DNA of 62,756 nucleotides, filler included, from Perkinsus olseni (Eukaryota): NCBI GenBank assembly GCA_013115125.1. It is 7 parts of 7 records of this genome, joined end to end, with 100 filler letters (N's around TTAATTAATTAA, not from the genome) between each part and the next. Parts side by side here need not be neighbours in the genome. Positions count along the whole stretch, not along the records: positions 18,042 to 26,948 come from JABANN010000943.1; positions 27,049 to 35,950 come from JABANN010000944.1; positions 36,051 to 44,942 come from JABANN010000945.1; 4 more parts are not named here. One strand, 5' to 3'. Shown piece by piece: positions 25,643 to 37,857 of this stretch (position 1 is its first letter; each line of letters starts with the position of its first letter). The notes under the pieces were generated by a model. It saw only the letters and a program-made list of their open reading frames with translations, ran no database searches and was not told where the DNA came from. The position numbers and the translations under genes were made by a program.

Positions 25643-26360
25643 CCTCTCTCCTTACAGATTTGATCTCACACCTGCCTAAGTCAAAGGGGCCATGGCCACC
25701 TTTTTGGCAGAATTTACAGTAAGCCTTCTCGATGTAAGTCGAGCCGGCCTTGTCACAATCGTTGGCCACATGGTTCTCACTGCTGCAGATTCGGCATATC
25801 TGAGGCTGGTCACAAGACCGATGATCATGACGAGCATCACGGCTGCCGCACTTATAGCATAGAGACCGATAGATCACCGGAATAGGTCTCACTCTTACAC
25901 AGTCGAGATACACCCGGTCCGGTAGATTCTTCCAGACATTAAACGCTAGTCTTAGAAAGACTACGTTACTGGTCATACGCAGAACCCTGATAGCATCATC
26001 GGCCGCCTCGATACCATTCAAATCCTTGAAGTCCTTGATGAGCCTTTCTCCGTTTCCAGAGTCATAACCATGGCCGATCAACTCAATGTCCTTCATTCTT
26101 GGTAGGTCTTTTTGGCAGTCCCACACCGCTCCTTTCTCCTTGCTGAGGAATTCCAGAACCTTATCCCTCTCTTGAGGAGTTATACAGCCCACACCAACAC
26201 CTCGAGAGGTTTGGAACAGTTTGGAGTACACAGGTAAGAGGTAGCTCGTGCGTAGCTGGAGGGCCACCAGGTCCTTCCTCAGGCTCGTGGGGATAAATCC
26301 TATCCTAGCGGTGGAAGTCTCAGCATTCCCCTGCTGGTGAGTCAAAAGCGCACCATCCAA
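25614..26360 (-). CDS. Retrotransposon ORF1 (gag-like nucleic-acid-binding protein)
   Basis: CYKCGSRDARHDHRSC, CRICSSENHVANDC, CKFCQKGGHGPFDLGRC. The true start is probably the ATG near 26430, separated by a frameshift. Confidence 0.85.
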   Translation of the reverse strand: MDGALLTHQQGNAETSTARIGFIPTSLRKDLVALQLRTSYLLPVYSKLFQTSRGVGVGCITPQERDKVLEFLSKEKGAVWDCQKDLPRMKDIELIGHGYDSGNGERLIKDFKDLNGIEAADDAIRVLRMTSNVVFLRLAFNVWKNLPDRVYLDCVRVRPIPVIYRSLCYKCGSRDARHDHRSCDQPQICRICSSENHVANDCDKAGSTYIEKAYCKFCQKGGHGPFDLGRCEIKSVRREVDGQVAQDE

Positions 26361-27048
26361 CGCTGGATTACTGCTCGCTTCAGACCTGAGCGGAGAATGG
26401 TTCCACGACGCCTCTCTCTAGGTTATTCATCCGCTTGCTTCGAGTGGGACCGTAAGTTTTCATACCACTATATTGAGGACGAGAGATAAAATAATAATGA
26501 ATTCGAGAAAGCAAAATGCAGTTGTTGTGTTCTCTCCCAGTCACGCTCTTTAAAATACCGTGTCTAAGTTTGGCCGCGAATAGCGAGATGATCGATAGTA
26601 TGCTGATGATACGAACCCACACCGAAACCGACCCCAGTGAGGGTGACGAACTTATGCCACAAGTCTTGTGGAGGCCGCAGACACATGGAGGATCCACCAC
26701 TGCCGGAAAGCGTTCGATGGACACTAGCTACGGATTCTCGTGCTCCGTTATCGCTACTACCGGATCTACTACAGGACTTTAAGAACAGGATCTACGCTGA
26801 GATTTTTTCACGAAGGACTGCTGCTCTTCAAAGGGGGCCTTTGACATCGATGTTAACAACAACATTAACATTTAGCATCGATGTTGTTGTGTTGCGAGTC
26901 ACGGCTCGAGTTTCAAGTCGGCGAGGCCGATTCACCGCCACTAATGTCNNNNNNNNNNNNNNNNNNNNNNNNNNNNNNNNNNNNNNNNNNNNTTAATTAA
27001 TTAANNNNNNNNNNNNNNNNNNNNNNNNNNNNNNNNNNNNNNNNNNNN

Positions 27049-27304
27049 CGTAACTCCGGGTATCTGGCTTCATACAGGCACGCAACAATTGAGTATACAG
27101 CATGCCCACGATACCACTAAATATGAGAAGGGCGAAGCCGAACGCGTAGCCGGCCTCGGCTATCGCCCTAGGGAGGCTAAGCATACCAACACCGATTCCA
27201 GTTAGCGTTATGTTGGCCACGGCAGAGATGTTGGACTGCCCACCAGAAGCTGTTAGCTCGACCTTGATACTGCCTGATGTGTCGCTCGGTGGTCTTATTG
27301 ACAT
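27049..27304 (-). CDS. Amino acid/auxin permease (AAAP, Aa_trans) family transporter, 5' part truncated by contig end
   Basis: AVANITLTGIGVGMLSLPRAIAEAGYAFGFALLIFSG is the N-terminal AAAP signature. Highly similar to the copy at 31616-32947. Confidence 0.88.
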
Positions 27305-27752
27305 TATGATTCAAAAGAGGTCCGGAACAACTGCCGGGGAGATCCCTCGTTGAACAACAGCCCAAGATATCAGCATCCCTATGGATGTAGTGATGAATCG
27401 ATCGCAGCCTTAACGGCGGAAAGCGGGGGTGGCAAACCCGGTGCGAGATAAGAATCCTACTCTAGGATGATGAATCTTCTCAACTAGTCAACAGTTGATG
27501 AGCTACGGTGAAGCTCTCTCCACAATAGGATAGACTAAACCAGGCGAGTTCAAATGGGATACCATACTCCGAGACTCAACATCGGGGAACGATATAGCTA
27601 CAAGAACGGACACATGACGATTGTACTCATGGGGAAACTCTGCCATGGTGGAGCGGGACCGGTTAATGCTTCCGAGAGCACCAAGAGACCTGCCGCGATA
27701 GGATGAAACCTACGAGACGGTTCAAGATGCCTGAATGACTCGTATCCTGCAA

Positions 27753-29235
27753 CTATACAGGGACCATTCTTGGCGGGAATCGAAAGTGTCGGATAACCCA
27801 CCATCTTTGGTTGGGGCTCAATGAGAGCCATTCAAACCAAGTCGTCAATCTCAGTAGAGGATAGGCAATTGAATCAACGACCGAGTGGGATACCACCCAC
27901 GCTGCGCGTTCTGGAAGTGCGTAACTGGAAACACGCTGGGTATCCGCAAAGCAGCTCGGCAGTATTCCAAGGACAGCGCTGGTGCCGAATCATGCGCGAC
28001 GTTTTGGATACCTCTTACCTTGAAACGAATACACCATCCACAACGAGTTCTCCTGTGTCGGTCAAGGGTGCATACAAACCCTGCTGGTTCCGAGAAATTT
28101 GGATGTCAACTGCGGGTGTTCATGTCCGTGAAACAAGCTGTTATTTACTTATGCCAGACATGGTGGCCTCTGAGGCCGCCTCGGCCACGATCGAGTCCCC
28201 AATGCTGAGCTCCGCAGCTCGACGGAAGTCGTTCTTTCCGAAGCCGATGCGGACTAGGTGATCCACCGAGATACGCAGCTTTCTCCCATCAACCGTTGAT
28301 AGTGCGATCTGAGAACAGCACTCGGACGCACGTCGCAGTTTATATCGGCGCTGATCGGATCCGAGGGCGTGAGGCCTTAGACGACCTTCTTCACCGAATA
28401 ATCTGCAGCTCAGTCTTGCTGCTTCCCGTACATAGTGCATCATCGCCGCAGGGTCTCTGTGGATCCAGCCCACCACGGTTGTCGTCGCCATGCTAGGTCC
28501 AAGCACAATCTCGTCACCGACGACGACCTCCGACAGTGGCTTTCGGGAGGCAACTACGAGAGCTTCAGAATACCTGGTAACTCTACAAAGCCCTACAGGA
28601 ATGAGTGTACTATGCTAGAGTGACTGGGATGAGATCAACAACAGCTCATCCCCGGCCCGAAGCATACCGTTGTCTGACCAGACCGGCACGACTGAATCTC
28701 CAGGGAAACAGGCTGGGCGGCACAGCGAACCATACTCGTCCACCTGGACAGAGAATGAGGTGCAGCCCGGCCACTTCAATAAGACACGCACGAAATTCAA
28801 GACAACACGATCAAACCTCGGAGCTCGCTACTCCTCACTACCAACAATCGCCCGAGGAGGTTGAGGAGTTGCGCACCATATTTCGAACGGGCCTTGAACC
28901 TCCGCTGTCGACAAAGGATGAGTGCGTTGATCTCGACGCGACACTCCCGAGAGCCTGAGGCCGGGCTGCTTCGAAACATACCAGTCCTCGATGATCCAAC
29001 TTCTTAAGCACCCGAATCGAAGATGACAGGTGACGAGCGGACTCGTGATACCCCTGGGTAGCGCGAACCCGGGCCTACAAAATTTTCGGTGATCTTCCGG
29101 GAGGTATGTAGTGCGATGTAGCTCTCCACATTTCTTCTCCTGGAGCAAGCCGCAGAGACAGTACGACACGAACGGGTCCACTTCGTGATGCCCTTGGGTA
29201 TCCAGATCAAGGTCAGTATCGCAGTAGACATCCAC
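27753..29235 (-). CDS. Hog-domain (Hedgehog Hint + sterol-recognition-region-like) autoprocessing protein, multi-exon, 5' end uncertain
   Basis: Spliced motifs in Hedgehog order: PA-CFPGDSVV (Cys at 28708-28710), RKPLSEVVVGDEIV, TTVVGWIHRDP, LSTVDGRKLRISVDHLV, RAAELSIGDSIV, QGLYAPLTDTGELVVDGVFVS|SYA, then SHSVVDSIAYPLLRL (SRR-like). Preceded by a Cys-rich N-terminal region. Further exons are possible up to about 30300. Confidence 0.85.
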
Positions 29236-31615
29236 CGAATCTGCGAACGTACGCAGATCACCCTCCCACGGACTCTCTGGCAGAGAGTCCTACGGCCCGA
29301 GTCTCTCAGCCTGAGAGCCTACGGAATCCGAAACGCATCTGTAGCTAGACTTGACGCACACTACGTGCCCCACGGAGCCTCGTGACGGGAGACATACTCC
29401 AGTGAGGTTCAAGAGTCCTAGCTGACTCTAAGGCGCGACCACGAGGAGGGTTAAGCCGATCTAGGAAAGAACTCCGAGGAAGACAGATTTCTGGATGGTT
29501 TCCGCGTCATGAAACTCGTCGTGAGGGTGACGAGCTGTCCGAGAGCGCATGGGGCCCATGCAATGGGATGAACCGAGGACGAAGCAGTGCTTCGGAAGCA
29601 AGCTTCAGAGGTGTAAAGCTGACCCCAGACTTATTACCAAGCTTACTCCACTCGGATTTCGATGGATACAATGGGTAGTTAGCCGTGCAGAATTCGCATC
29701 CCACACTCGGCTCTTGCCCGTGCGAATCCGCGGATCCTCCGAGGACACTCACTGAGCTCACAGAGTTCCAGCCTCATGGGAACTGGTGAGTAAGGTCAGC
29801 CTGACGCGGTCAGGAGACACGATTGGGTACGCATGGACTGCACGCGAAGCAGAATGGAGAGTGATACACGGCCCTGGGGACTCACCCGCTGGGTGACACC
29901 CAGGGATGGGTGCCGAGTCCAGAGGATCCATGCCATGGATTCCATGGTCATCGTTTTTGAGTTGGCTGAGAGACGGGCCACATTCGGCTGCGTGATGACA
30001 GCCCATCCTGGGCAGGAAGTCATCCAGGAATGAGATCGCGGAACAGGCTTGCCTTGGGAGAGGGCCTGAGAGCCCAGCGGACCCGGCCCTCTGCGACCCG
30101 CTCAGTCTGCAGCTGACGATCCTCGGTCGCAGAGGTCTGCTCAGTGAGCAGGCCACATCCTACTGGGACAATCCTGAAGGCTTGTTTACCGTGATACTCA
30201 CCAGTCCAGTTAAACTGGACCAGTTGTCTAAGGTCCTGATATGGGGCTCTGAAGTACGCCATAGCGATGATTTGACTGCGCGCTATCACCACCAGCCCAA
30301 CGATCCATTATCCGGAGTGCTTCCAAGCGTCAATGGCATCGGACTACTTCCTGGGGTGCACAAACGATGGGCCAGCTCGTCCACTGTCCAACCCGATGCG
30401 GGCATTTTCGACACATCAACGTAGCCATTCTTGATGGTCGAATTCGCTGGCGGCTAACGGGAGGCAGAGCGCAACGTGTGCTCTTTTGAAGCACTATGGC
30501 CCTACTATGGCGTACTCATATCCTTAACAGCGTGTCTCATCGAAAAAGGATAGTATAATATATCTTGGGCATTTTGCAAATTCCTAGTGATGAAGGATAC
30601 TCCATTTTCCCTCGGGAAGAATAGCCATGATTCTTTCCGAGGATTTGTGTACAGATTATACCTTCGACTGTGTCTGATTCCTTACCTGTGATACGAGAAT
30701 CTATGCCAAGACAGAAGCGCGAAGAAATTCTTCGCGAACCCGATGTGAGGGGAGGAACGCTTCTTGTCCTCCCCAAACGTTCCCAGCAATTTCCACGCGT
30801 GAGAATGACCCACTGTCCAGGGTCACGCTGATACGCACGTCTAAAATCGATTCCGGATACAGAAAATGAACGGCACGGGAAGACCACAACTCACCTGAGT
30901 ATCTGCCTGTGAATGCACTACCCCACGATGCGCTGGGGAACTGAAAAGATGCAGCATCAATAACAAAGAGGACACTAGTTCGACTTCTGAATAATGAGAC
31001 TTCACTTCACCGCTCATATCGAACACTTCGACGAGGAGAAGGACCTCGTCCGAGTGCTCACCTGTTTATGAATGGGGGAACTCTCTGAGTAGCGGGACGG
31101 TACTAAAAAACGGAAATATTCGATCATAGCAGGTGATGTGAGATGGTAAGCACGTCGTTTACTTACTGGCTTCCCGGACATGGCCGAGAACGATTGTGAC
31201 CTGGGCCAGTACGAAGGCACGACGAGGGTGACGAAGCATCGACGAGCAAAGCTGATGCCGAAAATCAATGAACTTTTACGACTGAGGAACGAACCTCAAA
31301 CGTGGAATTCTCCAAAGCAGTAGACCGTAAGGAAGGTATCTGTACGAGATTCTGCACAAGGAACTTCTCCACGAAGCTCCCGGGATGAAGGAATACAACG
31401 CAGGGTTTATTTGACGAGAACTACTTATATCCATGACCAATCAGAAGGGTATCGGAAAATGACAGCGAAAGAGTAGTGCTTTGCAGCGAGACGACCTGTA
31501 AAAGATTTGAAAGCATTTCCAGTCAAACAGCAGCAAACTAGACAATCTGGCACGCCAATGACGGACGGGGCGGTTGCCGACGATCGGGCATACTCATGTA
31601 TTGTGATGATTGCTC

Positions 31616-32947
31616 TCAAGAAATTAAAGTGATGACCGCATCGTATATGCCGCAGATTGACCCGACAACAGAAATGACGAGGAGCACGCCTAGGCCGGCT
31701 ACCTTAATGACGGCCCATCTGGAGCCTTCCTTCAGAGGACTCCAGAGATAGAAGCCAATGTAGAATATCGAAGGATAGAAATTGTGGATCAGCGAAAAGC
31801 AGACGGAACCAAGAAGGCCTACAAGACCTTGGAAGTTCGGGACAAAGATAGCAATTATAACAGTGAAAGCGACCAAGCCACTTCGGACAAGACACGACCT
31901 GACTATCTGATCTTCTCTGATTCGAAGCGCAACTTCGAGAATGCGACTTGTGGGATTTAACATAACAGCATAGTGAGTGATGCACAACAACAAAATGCTA
32001 CATATACAGAGTTAAGCCGCGGGGCCGTATGTAGCGTTACTCTCGGTGACGGCGTCAATGATATTCTGAAACTTCGAGAGAGATGTACCCCAACCGACAT
32101 AGCCAGATAATGAGACCAAAAAGTAGACAAGACCAATAACACTGACTCCCCAATAGATGACACAACGGCGGGCTGCCGGATACTTCATATCGTGCAACAC
32201 AGTAGTACTCGCGCACGTGACAGCAAACGCAAGCGTCATGCTCGCAAAGGACATCCCCAGTCCCAAAGCGCTCGGAGGATACGGTTTGTAAACAGCATCA
32301 TGCTGGGTATTGTTATCCGCGACCCGAGCAAATCCCGCGTAGATGAGAGTCAGCAGGAGAACAACCACCGAAGCCACGCCCACTGTACCACTGATGTAGC
32401 CAATGTGTTTCATATTGGGTAACCATGAGATGGGTAGAAGTATACCTGCCCAGATTAGTACCCAGTACTCCTGGGCAATACCGTTATAAAGTTTATAAGA
32501 ATTCTGACCAAGAAGTAGCATAAGTAAACAACAGGTGCCGAGCAAAGCGCCGTTCACTCCGAATGCAACCGCGGCGGCCCCCCAGCGGCCAAAAGCATCC
32601 ATACCAATATCCTCGTAACTCCGGGTATCTGGCTTCATACAGGCACGCAACAATTGAGTATACAGCATGCCCACGATGCCACTAAAGATGAGAAGGGCAA
32701 ACCCGAAAGCGTAGCCGGCCTCGGCTATCGCCCTAGGGAGGCTAAGAATTCCAACACCGATACCAGTAAGCGTTATGTTGGCCACGGCAGAGATGTTGGA
32801 CTGCCCTCCAGAAGCTGTTAACTCGACCTTGATACTGTCTAATGTGTCGCTCGGTGGTCTCATCGGCATAACGATCAACGAGGAGTTCGGAACAACTGCC
32901 GGAGAGATCCCTCGTTGAACGACAGTACAAGATATCAACGTCCCCAT
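31616..32947 (-). pseudogene. AAAP amino-acid transporter, full-length but with one in-frame TAA
   Basis: ORFs 32012-33016 and 31616-31993 share a frame and are separated by TAA at 32012-32014 (GPAA*LCICSILLLCITHYA). Motifs GVGILSLP, SYEDIG, LPISWLPNMK, PNFQGLVGLLGS. Intronless. Confidence 0.8.
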
Positions 32948-33199
32948 GGATGGAGTGACGAGTCGATCCCATCCTGCACGGCGGAATGCGTGTGCCAATC
33001 CTCCCGAGGAGTCCACAGCAGATGAACCGCCGTAAACTTCTCGCTACGAGAGGAGAGACACAAGGAGGCGAACGGGAATCCCTCCACGGGAGGTGCTACC
33101 ATACTCTAAGACTCAACACCGGGGATGATGTAACGACGAGAAGTGCGATGGACGCATTATGATCAACTCGTGGAGAAACTCGGCCATGGTGGCGACTGC

Positions 33200-33900
33200 C
33201 GGTGCTCAAGTCCGTGAAATGCGGTGCCATTCACTCACGTGAGGGAGGCTGGCTGCGAGGTTGCTTTGCATAATGGTCGAGTCCCCCCATGCTGAGCTAA
33301 TACAAAATCAATGCGAACTAGGTAACCATCAAGAATCTCGATTTGAGATACGCAGCTTTCTGCAATTCGTCGTTGATAACGTTCATCTGATGGTAGCTTA
33401 CGCGACTTCCGTGACGGGGGGTAACTATAAGAATACCGGAAAACTTGGTAGCTTCACGAAGACCTGCGCTACATTGATAAGCGTGTTCACGCCGGCACAA
33501 CCGAATCACCCGGGTAACAGGCTGAACCGCACAGCGAACCTGGATGAGTCATCCACGTGGACAGAGTGAGGGGTAGCCCGGTCGTTCAATAAGATACGCA
33601 CGAAAGTCGGGACCACGCGGTCAAGCCTCAGAGCTCGCTGCTCCTCACTACCAACAATTGCTCGAGAAGGTTGAGAAGTTGCACACCATATCTTGAACGG
33701 GCCTTGAACCTCCACTCTCGACAAACTACGAGCTCGTTGATCTCGACACAACGGTCCCGAGACTCTCAGGCCGAAAGCATGAAGACCGGCTGTTTCAAAA
33801 CTGGCTGGCCCTCGATAATCCAACTTCGTCGTGATACCCGCGGGTAGTCAGAGGCGGGGCATACAAAATTTCGCATGATCTTCTGGGAGGAACGCACCCT
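33200..33900 (-). pseudogene. Decayed paralog of the Hog-domain gene
   Basis: Colinear DNA similarity to about 28190-29100. Retains SLCGSACYPGDSVVP, VQGPFKIWCATSQPSRAIVG, RKLRIS and ELSMGDS remnants, with deletions and frame disruption. Confidence 0.7.
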
Positions 33901-35636
33901 GTGGGTCGCACTGAGCCCGGTGGCTACAGAGATGAGCCAGAATTAATGGTGATGAGTGGCTATGGCTCTACAGCAGCTCCAGTTTTTATATGGGGAAAGG
34001 CCGCTCCTCAAAGGAAAGCGAAGCAAGGGGAGTCAGAAACAGCCTTGGAAGTTGGGTTTTCAAAGGCCTATGGCCCGCAAAGCTTGCGCCTAAGCAGAAC
34101 CAGGCCGATATGGGAAGCCACCTTATGAATGGACTCGGGATGCACCCCCACGTCACGAAGCTCCTCGTGGCAGTTGACTCGTCTTCCCAATGGAAAGTTC
34201 CGACCCGGGTGACTCACTGGGGAAAGTGTTTGAAATTTTATGGGCACAGTGGTTGTAATGAGTCCGTAAGCCGCGGACTCGGCTGCAGGTTAGCGACGTG
34301 GACTCAATCTGCGTCAATGGCCCACGCTAAGTCCACCAAAGACGAAGTCCCTTCAACAACCGCTCGTTACGGAGAAGGAGAGGAAGAATAAGTTTGGCAT
34401 CCAGGAAGGCCGGGAGGCTGCCCGTTGAGCACCACACCACCTTATCGTAACGAGCCTCAGCTGCGAGCTACTGCAGGATGGGCCAACAGAAACTCTGACC
34501 AGGCAACGCAGGCGATTATTCCTCCGCCTTCGTCAAATTTCGCACCAGATAACGACTTGTCCTAATCTCACATTTCTCATTCTCAGGAATTTGCAGAATT
34601 CCTGAAAATCAAGGCTATAGAATGGGTAGTATCGATTAATTCACCAGGGAGGATGATCATCATTCCTGCCGGGTATTATTGTTCTAGTCTTATTTTCGAC
34701 CGCGTCTAATACTTAATCTGTCGTACGAAAACGTACGACAGGTACACAATCCCGAGATCTGAGCTTGCTCAGACGAGGATAATGAAGCGCCTTTCGTTAC
34801 CGGTATGTTCCGGAAAAACTTCGGGGGCGTAGCTCTCGGGACTGAATGCTCATTATGGATCGTAACTCACGGTTGGTCCGGGACACGTATGCCCCAGAAA
34901 ATCCAAACTCACCTGGATCGCCGCCCATACTGTAGACTCACTACACCACGATGTGCTTGGAAACTGAAAAGGATGCGGCATTGACAAAACGAGGACACTA
35001 TTTCGACTACTAGATTATAAGTGACACTTCACCGCTCATATCGCGAAACACAACTACGAGACAGGAGAACCGCGTCCGAGGGCCCACCAGTTTTTGAGTG
35101 CAAGAACTCTCTAGAAATCGGGACGGCCCCGAAAAAAACAAAGTTCTGAATCGTACCAGGTGATGTGAGATGTTGTTAAGTACGTCGTTCACTTACCGGC
35201 TCCACGGCTCTGGCCGAGAAAGACCGTGAGAGCTGTGATGAAGCATTGACGAGAAGAGCTGGCAGCCAGAAATCCATCAACTCCCCCCAATAAGCAATAG
35301 ACCGTAGGCGCATGATCATCCGAAGCGGGCGCTTTTAACAGCAAAGTGAAAGGAAGGTATTACAGACAAGAACCTCCGAGCACCCGGACTCCAAGAATAC
35401 AACGCGGGGTTTGTGAGGAGACCTACTGATACTCATGACCGATGGCAAGGGTTGAGACAGACGACCATGAAAGACTAAAGGAAAGGACCAAGACGATTCA
35501 CAGCGAGACGACTTGCACAAGATCGTAAGGTGGTTCGAGGATGCAGCAGCAAACAGAGGACGTTTCGGCTCGCCCGGGACTGACCAAGTTGTTGATGATG
35601 GCCACGAACACAGTCACGCATCGAAGCGGTTGACCC

Positions 35637-35950
35637 TCAGGAAATGAGAGTAATGACTGCATCGTATATGCCGCAGATTGACCCTATGACGGAGATGATG
35701 AGGAGAATCGTGAGACCTGCAACTTTCATCAGGGCTCGTCCGGAACGTTCTTTTAGTGGCTTGAGCAAGAAGAGACGGATATAAAATATCGAGGGATACA
35801 AGTTGTGAATAAGGGAATAACAAACAGAACCAAGAAGGCCTACAAGACCTTGGAAGTTCGGGACAAAGATGGCAATAATAACAGTGAAAGCGACCAAGCC
35901 ACTTCGGACAAGACACGACCTGACTATCTGATCTTCTCTGATTCGAAGCG
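35637..35950 (-). CDS. AAAP amino-acid transporter, 3' part (5' off contig)
   Basis: VAFTVIIAIFVPNFQGLVGLLGSVCYSLIHNLYPSIFY...GIYDAVITLIS matches the C-terminus of the 31616 copy. Confidence 0.88.
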
Positions 35951-37857
35951 NNNNNNNNNNNNNNNNNNNNNNNNNNNNNNNNNNNNNNNNNNNNTTAATT
36001 AATTAANNNNNNNNNNNNNNNNNNNNNNNNNNNNNNNNNNNNNNNNNNNNCATCTACTCGGACGACAGGCGAGACTATGACAGTTCTGACTCAGAACGTA
36101 TCAGTGACACTCCTTCCTTTCACGAGCGAGACTTCGCACGCAATGGCGCCCGCCCTGAAGTCGTTCGGCTCACGAGTCGCGATTATCAAAGATACCCCCA
36201 TTGGTCCCAGTGCCTGATCGTGGCATGGAGGTCACTGGCCAGCAGTGGTCAGATCGAATCTGGGGCCGGGATTGCCAATGGCAACTTGCCATCACTCATA
36301 CATGATGTATGATACATCCACTCGTGGCACGAGTGTGACCGAGGATGGCTCGACGGCATGCGTCCCCTCTTATCGTCCTCACGGCGAGGGCCTCACCTTG
36401 TTCGTGTACCTAGTGTCAATTAAACGTTCACATTATTGTTTCGTATTCTAGCAGTGTCGATAGCTGATGTGCTCGAGTCGCACAACGTTTGGTGTTGCGC
36501 CTCATGATGAGACACATCGGCCGTAGACTACGACCCGTAGCACTTCTCGCTGGGGTTAGCTATGGTTCTGCGGAGGAGGGCCTCTCCGTATCACGCTATT
36601 TGCGGGTGTATTCGCTCCGGTATCTCTCCCTCCCTCTCCGTCGGAGAGTCTCCGATCGTTGTTTGCTCTCTCAATCCGTCTTACTTGGTCACAGGGGATT
36701 GCTGCTGTCGGGCCTACTCGCGATCGCTCAGAGTCGGCTATCGTATGCTTAAGGGCGATAGACCTATAGGCCTGTAATGCCTGGCAACAGACCCACACAC
36801 ACATCAATGATGAAATCTTGAGAATATCAGTCTCGCGTTCCTCAGTTTGAAATCCAAACTTTGAATTGGTAGTGAATGAGGTACAGTACGCGCAATCTAC
36901 AGAATGTGAAACTGTTCAGCAGGATAACTCCTCAACTAAGACGAATTACTTTCTCATGCTTTGAACTCGTACTCTCGTAAGCATATTGTATTGAAAACCC
37001 GGTGACCGGGCCCGTCCCGGTCGCGCCATCAAAATTCGAGAAAAAAGATCTCGGCGTAGCCATCTGTGGGCCGCACGGTGCGGGCCCCTCGCCAAGGTTC
37101 CGCCATGACTAGGAACATGCGCAGAAGGGCGTTCTAGGCCCTAGAATCTAGGGGCCCTAGACTAGGGCATCCTTAAGTCCAAATACTTGTTGGCGCAACC
37201 ACTGCAAAGATGAGGATACGAATGAAGTTCCCAATGCACGCGTTCAGCTATTAGCGTTCGTCGTGGTCACTCTTCGTGCGAGTCTGTGACCACCACATCG
37301 CAGATTGCGACACGCAGGATAATTGACACTCGGTATAGAATCTATTAGCGAATCCTCTCGGGAGGCTCATCAGACGAAGGCTGCAGTGTTTTGTAATTGA
37401 AGGCGTTGCGGTGTTCCGGCTTCAGGAAGGTGCAGCGTCAGAGGAGCTGGGGACCCCCCAGCTCCTCTGACTCTGCACCTAGTACTCCCCAGTGGGGAGT
37501 ACTACTATCGTGCCACTGTAGATCATCTTTCCTCCTCGTTGCTCCTCATGGATGGCTCTTCAATAGATTGGCGGTGGTAGTTGATTGCTAAATACTCTCG
37601 GGTCTAGAGTTTGGCCCAAGCTGGCTTCCCATCACAGCGACGCTATATCGCGATAGGCTCGTCGAAGTTCGTGACCATCGATATCATCCACGCAGCAGGG
37701 CGCTCGTCAGTGGAGATGCAAAGGTTTTATTCAATGAATAATTGTCATTGCTCGACCGCCGCAAATGGACACGCGCCGTATTATCACTCGCTCCGGCACG
37801 CTCGTGGAGTTTCGTTACCGAGTTGTGAACTTGAACGCAATTCACCGTAGTTGCGGT

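Larger units (their letters stand above)
21898..26430 (-). mobile_element. Non-LTR retrotransposon (APE-RT-RNase H type, I/R1/LOA/Tad1-like group), decayed
   Basis: ORF1 has three CCHC-type knuckles. ORF2 has APE, RT, RNase H and a C-terminal CCHC. It is intronless and carries a nonsense codon and frameshifts. Ends are approximate and no TSD was identified. Confidence 0.92.

Noticed and set aside
28615-28720. Self-splicing intein with homing endonuclease
   Set aside because: No C-terminal His-Asn/Cys splice junction or LAGLIDADG motifs. The GLYAPLT..G.LVVDG..SYA ending is Hedgehog/Hog type.
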